Assembly (NCBI RefSeq): GCF_004010195.1 | Contig: NW_025215381.1 | Location: forward strand, 1,061,909-1,119,910 | Direction: 5' to 3' | DNA length: 58,002 nt | Source of the DNA: Chiloscyllium plagiosum | Lineage: Eukaryota | Shown: piece after piece, positions 36,611 through 50,118 of the stretch | Numbering within the stretch: position 1 is the first letter of the stretch | Layout: the number at the start of each line of letters is the position of its first letter | Notes under the pieces: model-generated | What the model saw: only the letters and a program-made list of their open reading frames with translations | What the model was told of the DNA's origin: nothing | Database searches by the model: none | Made by a program: the position numbers and the translations under genes

Positions 36611-37280
36611 TTCTAAGGTACACAACTCCAACACAGGGTAATCTTACCAATACCTTGTGTCACTGAAATATAACCTCCCTATTCCTGTATATTCCACTTC
36701 CCTCATAATAAATGAATAAAATTCGATGAGCTTTCCTGATTACTTGCTGTGTCTGCATCATAACCTTTTGTGCTTCATGTGTGAGAAAAAACCCAGGTCC
36801 TTTCTCATCCCAGAGCTCTGAAACCTCACTCCATTTAAGGAATGGTTTTTAAATGATTATTCCTGTCAGAAAGGACAATTTCACATTTCCCCACATTATG
36901 CTCCATTTGCGCTGCCCTTGCTCAATCTGTCTGTCTCCTGCTGTGTCCCCTCGCTCACCAGTCCTGAGGGAGGGTCACTTGTCCCGAAACATTAACTCTG
37001 ATCTCTTTCCACAGGTGCTGCCAGACCTGCTGAGCTTTTCCAGCAATTTCTATTCTCATTTCTGATTTACCGCATCTGTAGTTCTTTCAGTTTTATTTAG
37101 CAACTGTACCTTTTGTTCCTTCTTCCAAGACATTTCTGTAAATTGTAAATACTTGAGGCCCCAGTACCAATGCCTGTGGAATATATCGCATTAAATCTTG
37201 CCACCAAAACTGGATCCACTTATGCCCACTCTTTGTTTTCTGCCAACCAGACAATTTTCTCTCTGTGCTAATTTTATTTT

Positions 37281-37558
37281 GATTAGATTCCCTGCAGTGT
37301 GGAAACAGGCCCTTCGGCCCAACAAGTCCACACCAACCCTCTGAGGAGTAATCCACCCAGTCCCATTTCCCTCTGACTAATGCAATTTAGCATGGCCAAT
37401 ACACCCTGACCTGCACATCTTTGGACTGTGGGAGGAAACCCACGCAGACACGGGGAGAATGTGCAAACTCCACACAGACAGTCACCCGAGGCTGGAATCG
37501 AACCTGGGACCCTGGTGCTGTGAGGCAGCAGTGCTAACCACTGAGCCACCATGCCACC
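37281..37558 (-). mobile_element. HE1 SINE (a second copy lies at 38241-38546)
   Basis: Reverse complement of HE1 with gattagatt tail. Confidence 0.85.
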
Positions 37559-38715
37559 CAATGCGTTACCCCTTTTTACTATGACCTTTCATTTTCCACA
37601 ATAACCTTGGAACATGGTACCTTTTCACAATCCAAGTATGGTATTTCTGCCAGTTCCCCTTTACCCACAGAGTAAGTTGCTTCTTCAAAGAACTCCAATG
37701 GATTGGTCAAACATGATCCCTCTTCACAAAATCCCATGTAGACTCTGCCAATCTCCCTTGAACTTTCCCAAGTGCCCTGCTGTAGCATTTTCAATAATGT
37801 CTTCTCATTTCTCTCCTATGCGCAATGTTAAACTAACTAACCTGGAGCTTCCTGCTTTCTGAATCCTTTTAAAATAATGGAGTTAAACTTGCGACTTTTC
37901 TAATCGGATGGAACTTTAGGACTGTCGGAACAACCTGCCCTATTATTTAATACAATCGTGATTCATTGAAGACTTTTACCCACCCGATCCCTATAATTCT
38001 GTAGGCCTCTCGAAATCTTTCAGTCTTGACTTGAAGTATACTCAGCGGCTGAGTCTCTGTAGCCCTCTGTGATAGCGAAACCAAAATCACAAGTAAAAAC
38101 AATCTCATCTCAGACCAAAGTGGCATCCCCCTTATTTTTAAATTATATCCCGGGTTTTAGACTCTACAACAAGGAGAAGCGTCTTATCTGCATCATTAAT
38201 ATTTTGCAGGTTAAAATGAGATTACTCTTCTTTTTTTTTAAGATTAGATTTCCTACAGTGTGGAAACAGGCCCTTCGGCCCAACCAGTCCACACCGACCC
38301 TCCAAATAGTAACCCACCCAGATCTATTTCCCTCTGTCTAATGCACCTAACACTATGGGCAATGTAGCATGGCCAATTCACTTGACCTGCACATCTTTGG
38401 ACTGTGAGAGGAGACCAGACCACCTGGAGGAAACCCACATAGACACAGGGAGAATGTGCAAACTCCAATAGCCCGAGGCTGGAAACAAACCTGAGACCCT
38501 GGGGCTGTGAGGTAGCAATGCTAACCACTGAGCCACCGTGCCACCCTTGAAAGTAGAGAATGTAGCAATCTGTGGCAATAATATCTTCCTCGAACATAAC
38601 GAGACCAATACTGCACACACTACACCGGGTGTGGACCATCCAAGCTCTTAAACAATTGTAGCAAGACTTCACTGCTCCTGTGCTTAAATCCTCTTGCAGT
38701 AAAGACTAACATTCA

Positions 38716-39215
38716 NNNNNNNNNNNNNNNNNNNNNNNNNNNNNNNNNNNNNNNNNNNNNNNNNNNNNNNNNNNNNNNNNNNNNNNNNNNNNNNNNNNNN
38801 NNNNNNNNNNNNNNNNNNNNNNNNNNNNNNNNNNNNNNNNNNNNNNNNNNNNNNNNNNNNNNNNNNNNNNNNNNNNNNNNNNNNNNNNNNNNNNNNNNNN
38901 NNNNNNNNNNNNNNNNNNNNNNNNNNNNNNNNNNNNNNNNNNNNNNNNNNNNNNNNNNNNNNNNNNNNNNNNNNNNNNNNNNNNNNNNNNNNNNNNNNNN
39001 NNNNNNNNNNNNNNNNNNNNNNNNNNNNNNNNNNNNNNNNNNNNNNNNNNNNNNNNNNNNNNNNNNNNNNNNNNNNNNNNNNNNNNNNNNNNNNNNNNNN
39101 NNNNNNNNNNNNNNNNNNNNNNNNNNNNNNNNNNNNNNNNNNNNNNNNNNNNNNNNNNNNNNNNNNNNNNNNNNNNNNNNNNNNNNNNNNNNNNNNNNNN
39201 NNNNNNNNNNNNNNN
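38716..39215. other. Assembly gap (500 N); a further 37-N gap lies at 44545-44581
   Basis: Runs of N. Confidence 1.
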
Positions 39216-40194
39216 TTCCATACACGCACCACCCTCTGTGTGATAAAGGTGGGAGGCTGTGAAAGCTTGTGATGTTGAGTAAACCTTCGGACTCTAACCT
39301 GGTCTCATGCGATTTTTAATCTTAAATGATCACCTTCTTGCCTTGGACCACCTTACCCCAGGGACCCATGAGCGTTCAGTCACACACATGGGGGAATGGT
39401 GCAGGCGCTCTCTAAATGCACGTTTTCTAATTCAGCCACAAAAGGGTGAAATCCACGCCTGTGGCCTACGCTTTCAGGCTTGTTGCCCGACTGGCCACTT
39501 CCTGTTTGTTGGTTCTGGCTTCCCTCCCGACTCGGTCCGCTGGCTGTCGAACGGGAGTAAGGCTGGGGCTTTCCTGACCGACATTCCTCCTCCCCCCCCA
39601 CCACTCACAGGAAGTCCCAATTACTTCAAGTGTCTCTGTCACCGTTCACCAGAAGAGTCAGTCACAGGGAGGGAATTCCCTTACACACACAACCACCCAC
39701 TCTCGAGTTTCGGAAAGTGACTGAACTGGGAAAGGGCGTGACTGCACCCCCCAGGGTGGGGGTCCTCATCAAGTAGTTTCCATCGCGTTGGGCTCTGAGA
39801 CCTGGGATCCATTCGAGACCCCTATCTGGAGCCCAACAGGAGGGAGGCCAGAGGGGATTGTGAGACGGGCCTCCTCACTGTTTCAGTGGATTGCGGATGG
39901 GTGGGTGGGGGGGTCCTCAGATCGATCTCGAAAAATGACTCCCTCCCCACGCGGCTTCAGGAACCGAGAAAGCTCTCCGATATTCTGGAGCCAACCTGCC
40001 GTTCTCAGCCACTATCAGCAACTAACAGATGACCGGATCATCACTTTTTCATAAATTCACCGTGCGACATGGACACCAGGGTCAGAGCCCGTATTTATTG
40101 ACCGTCCCGAGTTGCCCCTGGAGAGCTGCCATCTTGAACTGCTACTGTTAATGTCCATGGGACCACCCACCATGCCCTGCAGGAGGCGCTCGAG

Positions 40195-40427
40195 GACAGG
40201 GGCTTGGGACGGTGAGTGACCCGGGGGACAGGAACGTACAGGGGCTCGGGACGGTGAGTGACCGGGGGACAGGGACATACAGGGGTTCGGGACGGTGAAT
40301 GACTGGGGGACAGGGACGTACAGGGGCTCGGGACGGTGAGTGACCCCGGGACAGGGACGTACAGGGGCTCGGGACGGTGAGTGACCCGGGGGACAGGGAC
40401 GTACAGGGGCTCGGGACGGTGAGTGAC
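40195..40427 (+). repeat. ~42-bp GC-rich minisatellite (~5.5 copies)
   Basis: Unit gggggacagggacgtacaggggctcgggacggtgagtgaccc. Confidence 0.85.
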
Positions 40428-41399
40428 TCCTACTCTGACCTGCTCTTGTAACCATTGCATTTATGTGGTGAGTCCAGTTGTGTTTCTGGTCCATGGATGG
40501 TTCACACTGGGGGATTCAGTGATGATAACACCACTGAATGCCAGGGGGCTGGAGTCAGATGATCTCTTATTGGCGATGGCCTTGGTGTGGCATAAATGTT
40601 ACTTCCCACTTGTCAGCTCAAGCCTGGAAATCACCCGGGTCTTGCTGTATTTGAACAGGGACTGCTTCAGCCTCTGAGGAGTGGTCAATGGTGTCGAACA
40701 TTGTTCAATGATTGCACACTCCCACTTCTGACCTTATTGTAGAATCCCCGACAGTGTGGAAACAGGTCCTTCGGCCCAACAAGTCCTCACCGACCCATGC
40801 CCCTACCCTATTACTCTTGGTTTCCCCTGACCAATGCCACCGAAACTACACACAGCTGAACCCGATGGGAACTTTCACGGGGCCAAGTCACCAAATATGA
40901 TGGAGGGAAGGTCATCGATGCGGTAGCTGAAGGGTGGGCCTAGAATGCTCCTCTGAGGAACTCCTGCACCTGAGATGACTGACCATCTCTCTACGCGAGC
41001 TTTCTCCCTAATACCCACTGCTTCCAGTTTTGCCCGGGCTCCTTGATGCCACACTCAGTCGAATGTCGCCTTGGCATCAAGGGCTGTCCCCCTCCCCTCC
41101 CCTCGGGAGGTCAGCTCTTCTGTCCATGCTTGACCCAAGGCTGGAATGGGGTCAGGAGCTGGGAGGCCCTGGTTAACCCAGACTGGGCGTCACCGAGCAT
41201 CACGAGCATACCTTCCATCGTGATAACATCTCACAAAATTGATTGGGTTTCTTTTTTGGAAGACGGATGAGGGCGATATGCTAGATGTAGTCTGCGTGAA
41301 TTTTAGCATGACCTTCGACAGGGTTCAGAGACTGGTTACTAAGGTTAGATCACATGGAAGCCCATTGGATACAAAACTGACAGAGGGTGGTGGTACACA

Positions 41400-42120
41400 G
41401 AACATTCCAGCGCAGTACAGGCCCTTCGGCCCTCGATGTTGTGTCCATCTATCGTACACTATTCCATTTTCATCCATACGCCTGTCCAATGCCCATTTAA
41501 ATGCCCTTGAAGTAGGTGGGTCTACTACTGTTGCAGGCAGCGTGTTCTACACCCCCCCCTACTCTGAGTAAAGAAACTACCTCTGACATCTGTCCTATCT
41601 CTATCACCCCTCAATTTTAAGATGTGTCCCCTCATGCTCGCCATCACCATCCGAGGAAAAAGGCCCTCCCTGCCCACCCTATCTAACCCTCTGATTATCT
41701 TATATGTCTCAATGAAGTCACTTCTCAACCTTCTTCTCTCTAACGACAACAGCCTCAAGTCCCTCAACCCCCAACCAATAAGACCTTCCCTCCGTACCAG
41801 ACACCGTCCCAGTAAATCTCCTCTGAACCCTTTCCAAAGCTTCCACATCTTTCCTATAATGCGGTGACCAGAACTATACACAATACTCCAAGTGTGGCCG
41901 CACCAGAGAGGTGTACAGCTGCAGCATGACCTCATGGCTCCAAAACTCAGTCCCTCTACCAATAAAAGCTAATACACCGTATGCCTTTTTAACAGCCCTA
42001 TCCACCTGGGTGGCAACTTTCAGGGATCTGTGTACCTGGACACAGATCTCTCTGCTCATCTACACTACCTAGAATCTTACCATTAGCCCAGTGCTCTGCA
42101 TTCCTGTTACTCCTTCCAAA
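41400..42120 (-). mobile_element. CR1/HER1 3' fragment
   Basis: ORFs 41525..42059: 'LVRPHLEYCV', 'RGHILKLRG..FFTQ'. Confidence 0.85.
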
Positions 42121-44467
42121 AGGAGGAGAGTTGTTTTGCAGGCCAGAGGCCTGGGGTCAGTGGTGTGCCACAAGGATCAGTGCTGGTGCCATTGATGTTC
42201 ATCACTGACGTAAACAATTTCGATGAGAATACAGGAGACATGGTCAATAGGTTTGTAGATAACACCAAAATCGGTGATGTAGTGGACTGAGCAAAGGTGG
42301 TTATCTAAGATTGCAATGGGCTGAGGAACGCCAGCTGGAGTTTAATTCAGATAAATGGGAGGTGTTGCATTTTGGCAAGACAAACGGTGGCACAGTGGTT
42401 AGCGGTTAGCACTGCTGCCTCACAGCGCCCAGGACCGGGTTCGATTCCCGCCTCGGGTGACTGACTGTGTGGAGTTTGCACATTCTCCCAGTGTCTGTGT
42501 GGGTTTCCGCTCAGTCCAAAGATGTGCAGGTCAGGGTGAATTGGCCGTGCTAAATTGCCCCATAGTGTCGGGTGCATTAGTCAGAGGGAAAGGGGTCTGG
42601 GTGAATTACTCTTTGAAGGATCGGTGTGGCCTGGTTGGGCTGAAGGGCCTGTTAACGATAGGGCCGTGCAGTGTTGGAGAGACCGAGGGGTGCAGGCACA
42701 CAGTCCCTCCAGAGTGGGATAACAGGGCAAAAGGTGGCAGCACTTGGCACACTTGACTTCATCGGTCAGACCAGTGAGCCCAGGAACTGGGACGTCATCT
42801 CCCAGGTAAAGGCAGCACGGTTTGGGTCACTGCACGCAATTCCGGTCACCCTGGGGACAGGAGGGACGTTGCTAAACTGGAAAGGGTGCAAAACAGAGGG
42901 ACGAGGTCGTTCCAGAGACTGGAAGGCTGAGTTAGAAGGAGACGTGAGCAGACTGGGCCATTTCTCCCCAGACAGTAGAAGTCTGGGGAGAAATCACAGC
43001 AAGTATAGATGTGGTGAAAGTACAGAGTGGGGAGCCCAAAACTACCGGACATTGTTTTAAATCCTTCTCCTCTCACCTTAAACCGAACGACCCAAGGGGC
43101 AAACATTTCCACATAGAAAATTAGAATTAAAATCCCTACAGTGTGGAAACAGGCCATTCAGCCCACAAATCTGCACTGACCCTCTGAAGAGTAACCCGCC
43201 CAAAGTTATACCTAACACTACGGGCAATTTACCATGGCAGTGCTAACCACTGAGCCACCCCTATAGAGGGTGGTACATGTTACGGAACGAGCTGCCAGAG
43301 AAAGTGGGTGGAATGACAACATTTAAAAGACATCCGGTCATGTTCATGGATAGGGAAAGTTGAGAGTTACGGGCCTAACGCAGACAGCTGGGACTATTTC
43401 AGCTTGGGAAACCGGGTCAGCATGGGCGTGTTGGGCCGAAGGGGCTGTTTCTGTGCTGTATACCCCTACGACTCTACTGAGTGTTCTAACTGTACTGGGA
43501 CAGCTTGGCTGGGGGGGGGGGGGTTAGCGGCACGTTCTGGAGCACCAGTCTTCAGTCCCAGTGCCGGAATGTTGTCAGGGCCCACAGCCTCTGCTGTTTC
43601 CAATGCTTCCCGCCGTTTCTTTGATATCACGTGGAGAGAACGGAATTGGCTGGAGCCTGGTCTCGGTGAAGCACTGCATCATCCACTCGGCACTTCAGGC
43701 TGAAGACGGCTGTGAAACCTTCAGCCTTCTCTTTCTCCCGATGCTCTGGGCTCTTCCATCATCGCGGAGGGGGATATTTGTGGAGCCTCATCCTCCAGTG
43801 AGTTGGTGAATCGTCCACAGCCATTCCCGACGGGATGGGACAGGCCTGCAGAGCTACGCTCTGATCCATTGGGCTGTGGGGTCACTTTGCTCTGCCCCGT
43901 CACCGGCTGCTTGGCAAGTTGTCCTGTTTGGGGGGGGGGCTTCACACCAGGTTGGCACCTCATCTCCAGGTACGCCTGGTGCTGCTCCTGGCGTGCCCCC
44001 CTGCCCTCGCCACTGAACCAGGGCTGAACCCCTTGGTCATGGTTGAGTGGGGGACATACCGGGCCATGTGGTTACAGATTATGCAGGGGTACGGTTCTGC
44101 TGCTGTTGGTGGCCCACAGCGCCTCGTGGACGCCCAGTCTCGAGCTGCTGGATCGGTTTGAAGTTCTGTCCCTCTGAGCACGGTGATGGTGCCACACAAC
44201 CCGATGGAGGGAGTGAAGGTGGGAGCTCATCTCCATAAAAACAAAAGGAAGGGTCATCAGACCTGAAACGTTAGCTCTGATTTCTCTCCACAGATGCTGC
44301 CGGACTTGCTGAGCTTTTCCAGCACCTTGTGCTGGTTCTGTTTCTCCCTCCTGTTAAGTCCCTCACCTCCTGCCGCAGACCCAGCCCAGCTGTTATATCC
44401 TATAGGACCCGACCAGCTCTATCTGTAATGCTGCCTCCGAGCTACCCTTGGTGGCGGGACAGTGAAA

Positions 44468-44499
<32 letters not shown>

Positions 44500-46382
44500 A
44501 GGGTAAGTTTGCTCCCTTGTCAACCTTGGGGTTTCCTCAAAGTGNNNNNNNNNNNNNNNNNNNNNNNNNNNNNNNNNNNNNNGGGGGGGGGGGGGGGGTC
44601 CTTGCCCGTGTTTAACGATGAGACTTCATGGGGCCTGAAGGCAAGGGTTGGGCACTCCCAGAGCAATGTATCCCACCACTAGGTCAGGCCACACCCAGCG
44701 ATGGGGATATCTGGCACATTGCAAGGTACGACTCCGGTGAGTATGGCGAGGTCAGGCTGCGGCTTGACTAGTCTGAGAGACAGCTCTCCCAAGTGCCCCA
44801 GAGGTTGGTGAGGAGGACTGCGACAGGACTGTTTCTGCGAGGCCAGCCTGTTCTGGCACCACGATCAATGCTGGGGGGGGGTGGGCGGGGGGGTGTCTGT
44901 CCTGTTTCATTACCCAGTGGAGGCTACGCAGCAAGTGATACCAAGGAGTGGCTTGCTGGGTCGCTTCAGAGTAGACCACACGCTTTCTGTTGCCATCTCG
45001 CCATTTGTGGGATCACTGCTGTGCACAAATTAAACGTCTATCACAGCAGCAACTCCAAAACCAACAAGTTCTCAATTCCCATTTGCTCTTCGGGAGATCA
45101 TTATGTCAGCACAGAAGGCGTGTTCAGAGGAAATTAAAACCTATGGCTCTTCTCCCCGTCAGGAGGACTGCGTCTAATATCCTGCACTTTCAGAACTATG
45201 ATTATCTTGTATGTCTCGATCAGAGGGTTAGATAGGGTGGACAGTGAGAGTCTTTTTCCTCAGATGGTGATGGCGAGCATGAGGGGCCATAGCTTTAAAT
45301 TGAGGGGTGATAGATATAGGACAGATGTCAGAGGTAGTTTCTTTACTCAGAGAGTAGTAGGGGCATGGAACACACTCCCTGTAACAGTAGTAGACTCACC
45401 AACTTTAAGGGCATTTAAATGGGCATGGGATAGACATATGGATGAGCATGGAATGGTGTAGGATAGATGGGCTTCAGATCAGTTCCACAACATCGAGGGT
45501 CAAAAGGTTGTGTACTGCGCTGGAAGGTTCTATGAACGGGTGCGTGGGCTCAGGGAACACCTACTGGAACAGGACCAGGAGCGAGGGTCTCCGGTGACCC
45601 TGAGATGGTGGGATCGTTCTACCCAGAGCACAGATGTGAGTGAACGGGAGGTTGAACCGTTCCGGTGACAGGAGGATCCATCGCCAATGGGGAGACAGGT
45701 CAAAGAGAGTCAGGAACAAAGGGGGACAGACAAGGGGGACAGATGAGGAGCTGCCCCCCCCCCCCCACCGTGGGCTGTCCCCACAGCCACCTCTCTGGGC
45801 CTGCAGATGCTTTGAACACCCGTGCTCAGGGCTGAGGAATCACAGAGACTGTCCATCTCCTCACAGACGGTGCTGAAGAACTGCTGGGGATTGAGGGGGG
45901 CCTCCCTGTCTACTGCCCACACAGCCCCCTTCACCTACCACCTTCCCCCCCCCCCCATCCACCCCAGGGGAGGGAGAGGCGATGGCCTGATCGTATTATC
46001 CCTGGACGGTTAACCCAGACACTCAGGCCAGGTGTCAAGGACACAGGCCGAGAGCCCGCTACAGGGAGGCTGCGAAAATTCAATCCAACTAAATAAAAAA
46101 CCCCAGAGGTAAGAGTGACTACGAAACCGTTGCCGGAGAAACCCCACTTGGTTCCCGAAATGCCCTTGAGGGAACGAAAACTGCCATCCTCACCAGGTCT
46201 GGCCCACGTGCGACTCTGGGCCCACACCAACGGGGTTGACCTTTAACTGCCCTCTAAGGATAGTAAGGATGGACAATAAATGCTAGGCCTGGCCAGTGAC
46301 GTCCATGTCGTATGAACAACAATGTCAAACACACACCATTGACCCCACACTCACACCCGGCCACCGTGTTAACACCCTGTAC

Positions 46383-46440
46383 CTTCAAAAGGAAGTTATT
46401 TTCACTCTGAAATCGGGCCTGTTCCTGAGCTGTCAACAGT
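46383..46440 (-). CDS. Candidate exon of unidentified gene (LLTAQEQARFQSENNFLLK)
   Basis: cctgttctgctgcctgcctcag| ... aag|gtacag; open frame; non-repeat sequence. Confidence 0.35.
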
Positions 46441-49198
46441 CTGAGGCAGGCAGCAGAACAGGCCCGATTTCAGAGGGGGTAGGGGGTCGGGGGTCCCTGC
46501 AGATGCCTCATACTACGCTCGTTTCCCCCCCCCCCCCCCCCCCCACCCCGCTCAAAAACAGCCCCGAACGGCTAGACAAGCCTGCCTGGGAAATCAGCAC
46601 CTGATCAGCCTGCCTCCGCACCACCGCCCCCCTCTCTCGCCCTGACGTACTCTCGCTATGACTAAAACCGATTTTTCACTATGCGTCACCACTTAGCCCA
46701 CTGTCCGCCTCCACCACACACACTCCACCCCCCCGCTTCCCTCCCCCGCCACCACCTCAACAGGTCACAGCTGACAGAAAGGCCTCAGAACTAGGCCCCA
46801 GGGCCTGGGGGAGGCAGGGCTATTAACAGCCCATGGCAGTAGGCCCTCACGGGTCCCACTCTCCCCAGCACCGGTGGTCAGGAGACTGGGTTCAGAGCCT
46901 GCCCGGGTGACAAGGGGGAGGGGCAGCAATAGGAGTTGGAGGGTAGGGCAAAGCGGTCTCCACACGTCAATGAGGACGGCACAGGGCCACACACAGACCC
47001 ACCCGGGGCGCAGGGGTCCCCCAGGGTGGTGGCTTTCATTCTGATAAAGTACCTTTTCTCCATACCTACTTTAACTACCTATATATCTTGCAAATCCATG
47101 CTTACTACCAGCTAGGAGGACAAGGACAGTAAGTACATGAGAACACGGCCAGCTGCAACCCATTCATGATGGCTATTCCTTCACTGCTGCTGGGTCAAAA
47201 CCCTGGAATTCAGCCCCCCCCCCCCCCTCAGCAGAATTGTAGGGTTACCTACAGAGAAAGGTTTAGGGTGAGAGGAGAAAAGATATAAAAGAGACCTAAG
47301 GGGCAACGTTTTCACACAGAGGGTGGTGCGTGTGTGGAATGAGCTGCCAGAGGATGTGGTGGAGGCTGGTACAATTACAACATTTAAGAGGCATTTGGAC
47401 GGGTATATGAATAGGAAGGGTTTGGAGGGATATGGGCCGGGTGCTGGCAGGTGGGACTAGATTGGGTTGGGATATCTGGTTGGCATGGACGGGTATGACT
47501 GAAGGGTCTGTTTCCATGCTGTACATCTCTGTGACTCTAAATGGACTGCAGCAATTCAAAATATAGCTCATCACCACCTTCTCAATAGAAGGTCAGAGGC
47601 TGAAGGGTGACTTTATAGAGGTTTATCAGATCAGGAGAGACATGGATAGGATAAACAGATGAGGTCCTTTCCCCTGGGGTGGGGGAGTCCAGAACTAGAG
47701 GGGTTTAGGGTGAGAGGAGAAAGATATAAAAGAGACCTAAGGGGCAAAGTTTTCATGAAGAGGGTGGAGAGCGTGTATGGAATGAGCTGCCAGAGGAAGT
47801 GGTGGAGGCTGGTACAATTGCCATTACAATTGTCCAACCAGCAACATCGCACAAATGAATAACTTTTTGAAAAAAAAATCTGTATTTTCAGTTACTAACT
47901 TTATCACTTTTACTTGAACCGTCTATGACTTTAGTTTTGCAAATATGGAGTAAAGCAACGATATAAATTCATATTTACTCCACCACTCTGTGGACATACC
48001 TGGTGTGACTGGGCCATGAGGCTCATTCTTTCACCTTTCACACACTGCCGTGCAAGACTTCACCCTTTCAATAATTTTTGAACACTGCAAAATGCCTCTA
48101 ATGCAGCCTCAGGTACAACATTCCAAATGCTGCGTAAAATGTCTTTTCCTCATGTCAATTCTGTTTTCTTCCCAAATTACCTTAAATCAATTTCTACGGC
48201 TTTTTTTTTAAATTAAAAAAAAACACTTCGACCATTGGGAATAGTTTTTCTCTCTCTGTGTTTGTCTCCAGCTCCTCCCTCTGAGGCAGCCGACAAAACT
48301 GCAGCCACACCAAAACAGGGAAAAACAAAACCAAAATGGGGAACCTCATCAAAAACAGGAACGTGGGCAGATCAGCGCCAAGATAAGGAGTGGGGAGCTG
48401 TTCTCCAGACACACGGAGAGATTTGGGATTGACAGCAAGAATTCTGAAGGGGGGATAGAAGGGGAGTGGGAGAAAGCAAAGGGGGGGGGGGTGGAACAGG
48501 ATGGGGAGGATGGTGTTGGGGGAAAGCTACAAGCGAGGGCGGACGTGAAGCAGAGATTTCCTCCCTGCCAAGGCAAGGTGGTATCACCAGACGGCGTTAT
48601 CCCAGCCCGGTGTTTACGTTCTCTCTGGCGATGGAATGCCCCAGTCAAACCTTTCTGAGGCAGTATTGGGGAAAGCAACAGGAGACACACAACACCCTAC
48701 CCCATCGCAACCACCTCAACACTCATTGCTTCTTACCCCTGCCGCGGAATAGTCATTCGGCCCATCTATCCTGCTCTCTCAATTCAACCCGCCTTTAGTT
48801 TACAAAACGGAAGCCTCGGCCCACCCACAACCACGATCAACTCTTCAGAATCTGGATCCCTCCCTGTTATGGAGGAACTTTAACACAGTAACATAGCCCT
48901 CACCTTCAGCACACAATTACTGAAGCAAATTGGTTAGGCCACTGTTGGAATATTGCGTGCAATTCTGGTCTCCTTCCTATCAGAAAGATGTTGTGAAAGA
49001 TGAAAGGGTTCAGAAAAGATTTACAAGGATGTTGCCAGGGTTGGAGGATCTGAGCGACAGGGAGAGGCTGAACAGGCTGGGGCTGTTACCTGGAGCGTCG
49101 GAGGCTGAGGGGTGACCTTATAACATCATGAGGGGCATGGATAGGATAAACAGACATGGCCTTTTCCCTGGGGTGGGGGAGCCCAGAACTAGAGGGTT

Positions 49199-50118
49199 CC
49201 CTCACCCCCGGGCTCTCTCTCTGTCCCTCACCCCCGGGCTCTCTCTCTGTCCCTCACCCCCGGGCTCTCTCTCTGTCCCTCACCCCCGGGCTCTCTCTCT
49301 GTCCCTCACCCCCGGGCTCTCTCTCTGTCCCTCACCCCCGGGCTCTCTCTCTGTCCCTCACCCCCGGGCTCTCTCTCTGTCCCTCACCCCCGGGCTCTCT
49401 CTCTGTCCCTCACCCCCGGGCTCTCTCTCTGTCCCTCACCCCCGGGCTCTCTCTCTGTCCCTCACCCCCGGGCTCTCTCTCTGTCCCTCACCCCCGGGCT
49501 CTCTCTCTGTCCCTCACCCCCGGGCTCTCTCTCTGTCCCTCACCCCCGGGCTCTCTCTCTGTCCCTCACCCCCGGGCTCTCTCTCTGTCCCTCACCCCCG
49601 GGCTCTCTCTCTGTCCCTCACCCCCGGGCTCTCTCTCTGTCCCTCACCCCCGGGCTCTCTCTCTGTCCCTCACCCCCGGGCTCTCTCTCTGTCCCTCACC
49701 CCCGGGCTCTCTCTCTGTCCCTCACCCCCGGGCTCTCTCTCTGTCCCTCACCCCCGGGCTCTCTCTCTGTCCCTCACCCCCGGGCTCTCTCTCTGTCCCT
49801 CACCCCCGGGCTCTCTCTCTGTCCCTCACCCCCGGGCTCTCTCTCTGTCCCTCACCCCCGGGCTCTCTCTCTGTCCCTCACCCCCGGGCTCTCTCTCTGT
49901 CCCTCACCCCCGGGCTCTCTCTCTGTCCCTCACCCCCGGGCTCTCTCTCTGTCCCTCACCCCCGGGCTCTCTCTCTGTCCCTCACCCCCGGGCTCTCTCT
50001 CTGTCCCTCACCCCCGGGCTCTCTCTCTGTCCCTCACCCCCGGGCTCTCTCTCTGTCCCTCACCCCCGGGCTCTCTCTCTCTCTCTGTCCCTCACCCCCG
50101 GGCTCTCTCTCTCTCTGT
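49199..50118. repeat. Near-perfect 26-bp minisatellite (~35 copies)
   Basis: Unit ccctcacccccgggctctctctctgt; only the last units vary, in (ct)n length. Confidence 0.97.

Noticed and set aside
39985..40026. Minus-strand GTGATGA...CTGA, C/D box-like
   Set aside because: Too short, no terminal stem and no recognisable rRNA antisense element
45905..45934. VKGAVWAVD, resembling the end of a FOXP forkhead domain
   Set aside because: Preceding NAVRHNLSLHKCF sequence is absent and there is no pyrimidine-rich acceptor; likely chance
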